From Thermoanaerobaculia bacterium (GTDB taxonomy: Bacteria > Acidobacteriota > Thermoanaerobaculia > UBA5066 > Gp7-AA6), in the NCBI GenBank assembly GCA_036397915.1, contig DASWIB010000072.1:1-46854 (forward strand): DNA of 46,854 nucleotides, given 5' to 3'. Positions 26,370-33,656 of the stretch are shown piece by piece. The notes beneath the pieces were generated by a model. That model had not been told where the DNA came from. It saw only the letters and a program-made list of their open reading frames with translations, and made no database searches. Positions within the stretch are counted from its first letter, which is position 1, and every line of letters begins with the position of its first letter. The translations under genes and the position numbers were made by a program.

Positions 26370-26455
26370 CTCCATCTCATCGAGAGCCGGCTCTGTTTAT
26401 CAGAACGGGACGGTCTCCCGCAAGCGGACCGAGCCGGAAGACGGGACAGGCAGCG

Positions 26456-26550
26456 GGGGTCAGGTCTTCACGAGTCCCGGCGCGAATGGTCAGGCTGCAG
26501 CGGCCTTGCCATCTTCGCGAACGCGAAGTGGCAAGTGGAGACCTGACCCC
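26456..26550. repeat. Family-C MITE-like element, copy 2 (inverted relative to copy 1)
   Basis: ggggtcaggtcttcacgag...ggccttgccatcttcgcgaacgcgaagtggcaagtggagacctgacccc. Flanks extend the inverted repeat to 26441-26467 / 26539-26567. Confidence 0.8.
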
Positions 26551-26639
26551 AAGCTGCCGCGTCCCGTGCCTGAAAGGGAGAATCGCCCGCGGCGGCGGAG
26601 TGTTACGGCAGGAGGGCCATCGCCCACAAACGGTACAGC

Positions 26640-27629
26640 GTGTTTGAAGTCGTCGAAAAGGGGCAGAAACCGTTTCCGCTCGAGAGAGCGGTTCTCTTTT
26701 CGATCGCCGCTCACATCCTGCTGCTGGTCCTGATCATTGCGGCGCCGCCGTCGGCGAGACCCGCGCACCCCGAACGGGGACTTCTCGCCGGGCTCATCCC
26801 GAAGGAGACCGGGGAGGAGAAGATCCCGATCGTCTTCCGGGAGGCGCCGGGTCCGGCCCGCGAGAACCCGCGCCGCTCCGATTTTTCCGATGCCGACCGG
26901 CGCGCGGGCGGAGGCGATCGCTCGAAGCCCAAATCGGAGACTCCTTTCTTCGAGCCGCGCTCGGGGGTCCAGGGTCTCGAGCCCGGCCGGCGCGGACCGG
27001 CGCGCCCACCTTCGGCGGCCGAGCTTCAAGGTCTGCCCGTGCCGCGCCGCGGCGAGCCAGGAAGCGGCGAGTCGGAGAACCGGGCCCCGGCCATCTTCGG
27101 TCCGGCGGGAGAGCCCGGTCAATCGCCCGTAATCGCGGGCGCCGAGCCGCGCTCGGGGGGGGCCGCGACGGGCCGCCTGTCGAGCCTCGATCAGGCGATC
27201 CGGCAGGCGGCGCGGGACGCGGCCGGCGGCGGGCAGGAGGGCGCGGGGTTTCCGAACGCGGAAGGTGGATTCGTGGACTCGGGTCCTCTTTCGTTCGACA
27301 CGACCTGGTATGACTGGGGACCCTACGCCGAAGAGATGGTGCGGCGGATCAAGCTGCACTGGGAGATCCCCGAGCTCGCGCGGCTCGGATGGAAGGGCAA
27401 GCTCACCATCCGCTTCTTCATACTCGCGGACGGGCGGGTCGCGGACGCGAAGATCATCCGGGGCTCCGGCATTCCGCCGTTCGACTTCGCGGCGCTCCAG
27501 GCGATCCTGAAGTCCTCGCCGTTCCGTCCCCTTCCTTCGGACCTCGGCTCCTCGCGCGAGGGAGTCACCGTAACCTTTTTCTACAATCTGCGTCCCGAGA
27601 AGGAGGGCCGCCCGGAAGGCACGAAATGA
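26640..27629 (+). CDS. TonB-family energy transducer-like protein
   Basis: 329 aa (GTG start). One N-terminal TM helix (AVLFSIAAHILLLVLIIA), a long Pro/Gly/Arg-rich linker, and a TonB_C-like end GKLTIRFFILADGRVADAKIIRGSGIPPFDFAALQAILKSSPFRPLP. Confidence 0.75.
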   Translation: MFEVVEKGQKPFPLERAVLFSIAAHILLLVLIIAAPPSARPAHPERGLLAGLIPKETGEEKIPIVFREAPGPARENPRRSDFSDADRRAGGGDRSKPKSETPFFEPRSGVQGLEPGRRGPARPPSAAELQGLPVPRRGEPGSGESENRAPAIFGPAGEPGQSPVIAGAEPRSGGAATGRLSSLDQAIRQAARDAAGGGQEGAGFPNAEGGFVDSGPLSFDTTWYDWGPYAEEMVRRIKLHWEIPELARLGWKGKLTIRFFILADGRVADAKIIRGSGIPPFDFAALQAILKSSPFRPLPSDLGSSREGVTVTFFYNLRPEKEGRPEGTK

Positions 27630-28069
27630 ACGACCCCGGCGAGATCCGGACGGCCCTGGAGACCGCGCGGAGCGTCGCCGTGGTGGGTTGTTCGCCGAAC
27701 CCGGACCGGCCGTCGCACGCGATTGCTCGCTACCTGATGGAGCAGGGATACCGGGTCATCCCGGTCAATCCCGGGCACCGGGAGATCCTGGGAGAAACGT
27801 GCTACCGATCACTGTCGGAGGTCCCGAGGCAAATCGAGATCGACATCGTGGATGTATTTCGCCGGTCCGACCGGGTCGCGTCGATCGCCGAGGAGGCGAT
27901 CGTCCGAGGCGTCGGTTTCTTCTTCATGCAGCTGGGGGTTGCCGACCCGGATTCCGGCCGGCGCCTGGAGGCCGCCGGGATCCCGGTCGCGATGGACCGC
28001 TGCATACTGGTCGAGCATGCGAGCCGCGGGATCCCGCCGAGGAATTTCGAGGCGCGTCGGGAACGTTGA
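27626..28069 (+). CDS. CoA-binding domain protein (YccU/YneT-like)
   Basis: Internal ATG of track ORF 27389..28069, with ATGA overlap on the upstream stop. SVAVVGCSPNPDRPSHAIARYLMEQGYRVIPVNP. Confidence 0.85.
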   Translation: MNDPGEIRTALETARSVAVVGCSPNPDRPSHAIARYLMEQGYRVIPVNPGHREILGETCYRSLSEVPRQIEIDIVDVFRRSDRVASIAEEAIVRGVGFFFMQLGVADPDSGRRLEAAGIPVAMDRCILVEHASRGIPPRNFEARRER

Positions 28070-28111
28070 CCCATTGCCCCGCGGTCTCGGAGGCTCCGGC
28101 CGGTGTGGCGG

Positions 28112-28147
28112 TGAACTGAATTGACCTTGAACCTCGAACTTTGAACC
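28112..28147. repeat. Tandem heptanucleotide array TTGAACC-like
   Basis: tgaactgaa ttgacc ttgaacc tcgaact ttgaacc, after the CoA-binding gene stop. Confidence 0.7.
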
Positions 28148-28191
28148 CGCAGTCCCGTCCTTTCAGACGGGCGGAGGAGTGAGAGAAAGCC

Positions 28192-29718
28192 ATGGAGAAA
28201 TCCACCAAGCGCGCACTTTCGTTTTCGGCCCTGATCGCCGCGGCCGCCATCTTCGGCATGGTGGTTGCGAGCTCGGTCAACGTCACCCCCCGGTCGGAGG
28301 CGCAGCGCGAGGCGCCGGCGCCGGCTCGTTCGGGCGCGGTTCTACTCCCGTCCTTCGCGGACATCGCGGACCAGACGATGACGTCGGTCGTCTCGATCAC
28401 GTCGACCGAGATCGTCAAGGGATCGTCCCGCCGCTTCGTGAGCCCCTTCGGACATGGCAACGGCGACCCGTTCGAGTTCTTCTTCGGCCCGCAACAGCGT
28501 CGCAACCAGCCGCGTGACGACGAAGAGCACAAAGAGCAGCAGGGGGGCACCGGTTTCCTCATCTCGGATGACGGCTATGTCGTCACGAACTACCACGTCG
28601 TCGAGAACGCCGACAAAGTCGAGATCCGGCTCTCCAACCGCGAACGGACGACCGCCCGCATCGTGGGGCGCGACCCGGCGACCGATCTCGCGCTTCTGAA
28701 GATCGACGTGAGACAGCATCTGAACCCCCTGCCGCTCGGCGACTCCGACCGGCTCCGGGTCGGGGAGTGGGTCATGGCAATCGGCGATCCCCTGAACTTC
28801 GACAAGACGGTCACGGTCGGAGTCGTTTCCGCGAAGGGACGCTACGGGCTGACGGCAGACCCGGGAACCCGCTCGTTCGAGAACTTCATTCAGACCGATG
28901 CCGCCATCAACTTCGGGAACTCGGGCGGCCCGCTTCTGAACGTCAACGGCGAGGTCGTCGGGATCAACACGGCGATGTTCCGGCCGGCTCAGAACATCGG
29001 CTTCGCCGTTCCGGTGAACACGTTGAAGAACATTCTTCCGCAGCTGCGCGAGAAGGGAAAAGTCGTCCGGGGCTTCCTCGGGATCAACATCGAGAACCTC
29101 GATAGCGACAAGGCCGCGGCCTTCAAACTGAAGTCCTTGGACGGCGCGTTCGTGCAGTCGGTCGAGCCCGGCAAGCCGGCGGACAAGGCCGGGGTCAAGC
29201 CGGGAGACGTGATCCTCCGAGTCGACGACGTGCTGATCAAGGACACGAGGGACCTCATCGGCTACGTGTCCGGAAAGGCGCCGGGCAGCCGCGTCCGCCT
29301 CGGAATCGTTCGCGATGGCCGCGACACGACCCTGACCGCCGCGCTCGCTGAGCGCGACATCACCTCCTCGAAGGACGAGGAAGACACCGGCAAGGCCACA
29401 TCCGAGGACTCGCGTGAGCGGATCGGAATCTCGGTGACGGAGCTGACTCCCCAGGTGCGCCAGATGCAACGGATTCAGTCCGGCGTCGCCGGGTTGCTCG
29501 TCGTCCACGTCAAGGAGGTCTCTCCCGCCGCCGACGCCGGCATCCGCCAGGGCGACGTCATCACCGAGGTGAACGGCCGGCCGATCACCTCCACGGACGA
29601 CTTCGGGAAGCTCGTGGCCGGCGCCCGCAAGGGGGACTACCTGAGACTGTATATCGTGCGGCCCGCGCGGACGGGCGCAATGGTCCAGTTCTTCGCCCTG
29701 GTGAAGATCGAGCAGTAA
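28192..29718 (+). CDS. Periplasmic serine endoprotease DegP/HtrA family (two PDZ domains)
   Basis: 508 aa, signal-like N-terminus. Catalytic region TNYHVV...DLALLK...GNSGGPLLN, followed by two PDZ segments. Confidence 0.95.
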   Translation: MEKSTKRALSFSALIAAAAIFGMVVASSVNVTPRSEAQREAPAPARSGAVLLPSFADIADQTMTSVVSITSTEIVKGSSRRFVSPFGHGNGDPFEFFFGPQQRRNQPRDDEEHKEQQGGTGFLISDDGYVVTNYHVVENADKVEIRLSNRERTTARIVGRDPATDLALLKIDVRQHLNPLPLGDSDRLRVGEWVMAIGDPLNFDKTVTVGVVSAKGRYGLTADPGTRSFENFIQTDAAINFGNSGGPLLNVNGEVVGINTAMFRPAQNIGFAVPVNTLKNILPQLREKGKVVRGFLGINIENLDSDKAAAFKLKSLDGAFVQSVEPGKPADKAGVKPGDVILRVDDVLIKDTRDLIGYVSGKAPGSRVRLGIVRDGRDTTLTAALAERDITSSKDEEDTGKATSEDSRERIGISVTELTPQVRQMQRIQSGVAGLLVVHVKEVSPAADAGIRQGDVITEVNGRPITSTDDFGKLVAGARKGDYLRLYIVRPARTGAMVQFFALVKIEQ

Positions 29719-29742
29719 GACCCCTTCGAGAAGCACCCTTCG

Positions 29743-29775
29743 CACGCCCGCCATGCCGGCGGGCGTGTTGCTTTT
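29743..29775 (+). terminator. Rho-independent terminator after the htrA-like gene
   Basis: cacgcccgcc-atgcc-ggcgggcgtg (10-bp stem) followed by ttgctttt. Confidence 0.65.
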
Positions 29776-29833
29776 GAGGTATTAACTCCCTTCGGGAACA
29801 AGAGGCAGTGCTCCCGGCATTAACACCCTCGGT

Positions 29834-31195
29834 ATGAGCCAGAGGATTCTCGTCGTCGACGACGACGCCGGGGTTCGCGACACGCTGCGGATGATCCTCG
29901 AGTACGAGGGCTACGAGGTCGCGACCTCGCCGGACGGGAAGACCGCCCTTTCGGACCTCGACACCGCGCCTGTCGATGCCGTTCTGCTCGACATCAAAAT
30001 GCCCGGGATGGACGGGCTGGAGGTCCTCGACAAGATCGTCGCCCGCGAGGGCGCGCCGCCGGTCCTGATGATCTCCGGACACGGCGACATCGCGACCGCG
30101 GTCGACTCCACGCGGCGGGGCGCGGTCGATTTTCTGGAGAAGCCGCCGCAGCGCGAACGGATCCTGGTTTCGTTGAAGAACGCGCTTTCGCGCAACCTGC
30201 TCCGAGCCGAGAACGAGCGGCTGCGGATGGCTCTCGAGGAAGATTCCGTGCTGGTCGGCAAGAGCGCGCCGATGCAGCGCCTCCGGCAGGAGATCGTCCG
30301 GGCGGCGCCGACCGGGGCGACCGTTCTCATCATGGGCGAGAGCGGCACCGGAAAGGAGCTCGTCGCCCGGGAGATCCACAAGGCCTCACGGGTGGCGGGC
30401 GGCCAGTTCGTTCAGGTCAATTGTGCCGCAATCCCCGAAGAGCTCATCGAATCGGAGCTCTTCGGTCACGAAAAGGGCTCGTTCACCGGCGCCGTGCGAC
30501 GGCAGACGGGCAAGTTCGTCGAGGCCGACGGCGGAGCGATCTTCCTGGACGAGGTGGGCGACATGTCCGCGCGCACCCAGGCGAAGGTCCTGCGGGTCCT
30601 CGAAGCCGGCGAGGTCGAGCCGGTCGGGGCGGCGCGGGTGCGCCAGGTGAACGTCCGCGTCATCGCCGCGACGAACCGCGACCTGACCGAAGCGATCCGC
30701 GAGGGGCGTTTCCGCGAAGACCTCTACTTCCGCCTGAACGTCGTGCCGATCCGCACTCCGCCGCTGCGCGAGCGTACCGACGACATCCCGGATCTCGTCG
30801 AGCACTTCACCCGGCGCTTCATCGAGCGGGACCACCGGCGTCCGCGTCGGTTTGCAACCTCGGCGCTCGCTCTTCTCAAGGCGAGGTCCTGGCCCGGCAA
30901 CGTGCGCGAGCTGAAGAACTTGATCGAACGCGTCCTGATCATGACGGACGCCGACCCGATCGAAGCGAAAGACCTGCCGCCGGAGGCGCGCGTATCTCCC
31001 GCCGAGATCTCTGAGCGCGGGCTCGCGATGACCACGCTGTCGGAGTTCAAGGAGTTCGCGGAGCGCCAGTTCCTGATGGCGAAGCTGCGGGAGAACGGCT
31101 GGAACATCAGCCGCACGGCGGAGGTCATCCAGACTCCGCGCTCGAACCTCTACAAGAAAATCGAGCACCACAAGATCAGCCGGGACCAGGGCTGA
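29834..31195 (+). CDS. Sigma-54-dependent response regulator (NtrC family: REC + AAA+ + Fis-type HTH)
   Basis: 453 aa. REC domain (VVDDDAG...LLDIKMPGMDG), Walker A GESGTGKE, sigma-54 contact loop GSFTGA, C-terminal HTH (NISRTAEVIQTPRSNLYKKI). Confidence 0.95.
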   Translation: MSQRILVVDDDAGVRDTLRMILEYEGYEVATSPDGKTALSDLDTAPVDAVLLDIKMPGMDGLEVLDKIVAREGAPPVLMISGHGDIATAVDSTRRGAVDFLEKPPQRERILVSLKNALSRNLLRAENERLRMALEEDSVLVGKSAPMQRLRQEIVRAAPTGATVLIMGESGTGKELVAREIHKASRVAGGQFVQVNCAAIPEELIESELFGHEKGSFTGAVRRQTGKFVEADGGAIFLDEVGDMSARTQAKVLRVLEAGEVEPVGAARVRQVNVRVIAATNRDLTEAIREGRFREDLYFRLNVVPIRTPPLRERTDDIPDLVEHFTRRFIERDHRRPRRFATSALALLKARSWPGNVRELKNLIERVLIMTDADPIEAKDLPPEARVSPAEISERGLAMTTLSEFKEFAERQFLMAKLRENGWNISRTAEVIQTPRSNLYKKIEHHKISRDQG

Positions 31196-31198
31196 CCG

Positions 31199-31483
31199 GT
31201 CATCCCGAGTCCCTCTCCCTCCGTCATCCCTTTACTCCATTCAGGGCAGGCTCTGAGCCCCTCGCCCCCGCCTGTCATTCCGAGCGAAGCGAGGAATCTC
31301 TTCCTCGCTCGAGTTCCATCTTCCGCTCGGGACAAGCTCCGCGAAGGATCTCTTTCTCTGGACGCAGAGATCCTTCGTCGCTACGCTCGTGAGGACAAGG
31401 ATTCTTCGGCCCTTCGGGCCTCAGAATGACAAGAGAGGTTCGGGCCTCAGAATGACAAGAGAGGTTCGGGCCTCAAAATGACA
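31199..31483. repeat. Family-B module cluster B4 (includes a 26-nt unit repeated 2.7x at 31413-31483)
   Basis: ggtcatcccgag..., ttactccattcagggcaggctctgagcccctcgc, gtcattccgagcgaagcgaggaatc, gagatccttcgtcgctacgctcgtgaggac, then ttcgggcctcagaatgacaagagagg x2 plus a partial copy. Confidence 0.85.
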
Positions 31484-31491
31484 GTCGCTCG

Positions 31492-32058
31492 ATGCTGACC
31501 CTGGCCGATTTCGAGGAGACGGGAGCCCTGCTCACCGGGCACTTCCGTCTCTCTTCCGGGCTTCACAGCGACCGCTACCTCCAGTGCGCGCGCCTTCTCA
31601 TGTGGCCGGATCGCGCCGAGAAAGCCGGGCGGGACCTCGCGGAGAAGCTCTCCGAATTCTCGCCGCAGGTCGTTGTTTCCCCCGCGCTCGGCGGCGTCGT
31701 CATCGGCCACGAGGTCGGGCGCGCGCTCGGTGTACGCGCGCTCTTCGCCGAGCGCCGGGACGGCTCCTTCGTGTTGAAGCGCGGCTTCGCGATCGGGGCA
31801 GGAGAGTGCGTCGCGGTCGTCGAGGACGTCTTTACGACCGGAGGGTCGACGCGCGAGGTGTGCGCGATGGCCGAGGCGACGGGCGGGCGCGTGGTCGTGG
31901 TCGGGTCGCTCGTCGATCGCGGGCTTCCCGTGGGTGCGTTCCCGGTTCCCGCCCGATCGCTCCTCGCTCTTCGGGTGCCGGCCTGGCCGACGGAGGAGTG
32001 CCCGCTCTGCGCGAAGGGCGCTCCGCTGGAGACGCCGGGCAGCCGGCACTCTGGATAA
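31492..32058 (+). CDS. pyrE: Orotate phosphoribosyltransferase
   Basis: 188 aa. GHFRLSSGLHSDRYLQ, PRPP-binding VAVVEDVFTTGGST. Confidence 0.9.
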   Translation: MLTLADFEETGALLTGHFRLSSGLHSDRYLQCARLLMWPDRAEKAGRDLAEKLSEFSPQVVVSPALGGVVIGHEVGRALGVRALFAERRDGSFVLKRGFAIGAGECVAVVEDVFTTGGSTREVCAMAEATGGRVVVVGSLVDRGLPVGAFPVPARSLLALRVPAWPTEECPLCAKGAPLETPGSRHSG

Positions 32059-32068
32059 GATCGCCCCG

Positions 32069-32647
32069 ATGGAACTGACCCGGATCTGCGTGTACTGCGG
32101 CACGAGTGGGGCTCGGGATCCCGCCGTGGAGACGGAGATCCGCGAATTCGGCCGCGAGCTCGCACGGCGCGGCATCGGTCTCGTGTACGGCGGTTCCTCG
32201 CTCGGTTTGATGGGCACTCTGGCGGACGAGGTGCTCGCCTCGGGCGGAAAGGTGACCGGTGTCATCCCGAGGGCGCTTCTCGGCCGCGAGGCCGCCCACC
32301 AGGGGTTGACCGAACTGAAGGTCGTCGAAACGATGCACGAGCGGGAGCAGATACTGTCCGAGCTGGGAGATGCGTTCGTCGCCTTTCCGGGCGGGTTCGG
32401 AACGCTCGAGGAGATTATCGAGATGATCACCTGGAAGCAGCTCGGCATCCATGGGAAGCCGATCGTCCTGGCGAACATCGGGGGATTCTTCGACCCGCTC
32501 CTCCAGCAGTTCGAGAATGCCATCCGTTTTGGCTATGCCCGGCCGGAGCACCGGATCCTTTACGGGATCGCGGAGAACACCAAAGAGATCCTGACTCTTC
32601 TCGAAGGCGCGGTGGTCATGTTCCGCAAGCCGAGCGATTGGGTCTGA
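32069..32647 (+). CDS. LOG family protein (TIGR00730; cytokinin riboside 5'-monophosphate phosphoribohydrolase-like)
   Basis: Internal ATG of track ORF 31934..32647. ICVYCGTS, LVYGGSSLGLMG, PGGFGTLEE. Confidence 0.9.
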   Translation: MELTRICVYCGTSGARDPAVETEIREFGRELARRGIGLVYGGSSLGLMGTLADEVLASGGKVTGVIPRALLGREAAHQGLTELKVVETMHEREQILSELGDAFVAFPGGFGTLEEIIEMITWKQLGIHGKPIVLANIGGFFDPLLQQFENAIRFGYARPEHRILYGIAENTKEILTLLEGAVVMFRKPSDWV

Positions 32648-32653
32648 CCGGGC

Positions 32654-32725
32654 CGGAAAACAGAGAAGGGGAGAGTCAGGGGCTCGGGTCTCCGTTTTCC
32701 GTTCTCTGTTTTCCGTTCTCCGTTT
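32654..32725. repeat. Inverted heptamer arrays forming a hairpin between convergent genes (candidate bidirectional terminator)
   Basis: cggaaaacagagaa (32654-32667) is perfectly complementary to ttctctgttttccg (32702-32715). The right arm is part of tccgttt tccgttc tctgttt tccgttc tccgttt (32691-32725), which also encodes the last residues of the GT2 ORF. Confidence 0.7.
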
Positions 32726-33644
32726 CTCGGAGTTTCAACTCCTCGAGCAAGGTGCGATTGATCGCGACGAGATCCGCCAGCAGCGCTATCAAGAACGTCT
32801 GTGCGCCCACCACGATCAGAACCGCGGCGAGGATCAACGACTGGACGTGCCCGCCCGGGTTCTCGCCGAAGAAGTAGTAGAGGAGAAAACGAACGCCGAG
32901 CGCGAGTCCGGCGAAGAGAAAGATCGCGGCAGCCGCGGAGAAGATCTTGAGCGGCTTGTAAAGCGCGGTGATCCGGAGAACGTTTGCGCCCTGGACGAGG
33001 ACGTACTTCCCGACCGACGTGAAGAGGCGCGAGTGCCGTTCCGGCGGACGTGCCCGGACGCGAACCGAGGCGACCCGCAGGTCCTTCGAGCCCGCCTGAA
33101 TGAGCGTCTCCAGCGTGTAAGTCATTCGCGAGAACACGTTGACACTTCGCGCGGCCTCCCGCGACAGGGCGCGGAAGCCCGAAGCCGCGTCGGTGACTTC
33201 GAGCCCCGACGCCTGGCGCACGACCCAGCTCCCGATCCTCTGGAGCAGCCGCTTGCCCGGCGAAAAGTGCGCGAGCGTGCCCGGCCCGCGGTCGCCGACG
33301 ACGAGATCCGCCCTCCCGGCGAGGATTGGCTCGACGAGGGCAGGAATGTCGCCCGCGTCGTACTGGAGGTCGGCGTCGAAGTTGACGATGACGTCGGCGC
33401 CCATTGCGAGCGCCTCCTCGAGGCCCGTGGAAAACGCCGCCGCAAGGCCGCGGTGCGCGGGCAGGCGAACGACGCGGTCGGCGCCGCCCTCGCGCGCAAC
33501 CTCGGTCGTGCGGTCGGTCGAGCCGTCGTCGACGACGAGCACTCCGACCTCCGAGAATCCGGGCACCTGCCGCGTGATGGAGGCGAGCGCGCGCGGCAGC
33601 ATCGCTTCCTCGTTGAAGGCGGGAATCTGGATGACGAGCTTCAT
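32676..33644 (-). CDS. GT2 glycosyltransferase, GtrB/DPM1-like polyprenyl-phosphate sugar synthase architecture
   Basis: 322 aa. IPAFNEE, VVDDGSTDRT, DADLQYD, then two C-terminal TM helices (IFSAAAAIFLFAGLALGV; LILAAVLIVVGAQTFLIALLADLV). Confidence 0.8.
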   Translation of the reverse strand: MKLVIQIPAFNEEAMLPRALASITRQVPGFSEVGVLVVDDGSTDRTTEVAREGGADRVVRLPAHRGLAAAFSTGLEEALAMGADVIVNFDADLQYDAGDIPALVEPILAGRADLVVGDRGPGTLAHFSPGKRLLQRIGSWVVRQASGLEVTDAASGFRALSREAARSVNVFSRMTYTLETLIQAGSKDLRVASVRVRARPPERHSRLFTSVGKYVLVQGANVLRITALYKPLKIFSAAAAIFLFAGLALGVRFLLYYFFGENPGGHVQSLILAAVLIVVGAQTFLIALLADLVAINRTLLEELKLRETENGKQRTENGDPSP

Positions 33645-33656
33645 GAAGACGGGCCG

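Noticed and set aside
26380-26455. SRP (4.5S) RNA-like strings on the plus strand: gctctgttta, tctcccgcaa and ccggaag resemble parts of E. coli ffs.
   Set aside because: The segments are in the wrong order. The putative GGAA tetraloop is not closed by a proper helix (GCC/GAC). The only terminator nearby works on the opposite strand. The resemblance is judged coincidental.
22956-26546. Very long ORFs in the track, including 22956..26546 + (1196 aa), 3041..4906 -, 1423..2835 +, 7521..8696 -, 9808..11295 -, 34194..36044 +, 41903..43930 - and 16801..18324 -.
   Set aside because: All lie antisense to or out of frame with genes that have unambiguous family signatures (infB/nusA, protease, TonB receptor, pheT, pnp, etc.). 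Their translations are Arg/Pro/Gly/Ala-rich low-complexity strings, typical of open alternative frames in high-GC DNA.
28070-28191. Sigma-54 promoter upstream of htrA or elsewhere near the sigma-54 activator (for example tggcggtgaactgaa at about 28106).
   Set aside because: The -12 element (TTGC) is absent at the required spacing. Other TGGCAC hits (for example 9901) are inside coding sequence with no GC at -12.
31199-31483. CRISPR-like appearance of the repeat clusters (B4, B5), where short repeats alternate with other sequence.
   Set aside because: There is no constant repeat length or regular spacer periodicity. Modules occur in both orientations and differ in type. There are no cas genes or leader. 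These are mosaic dispersed repeats, not arrays.
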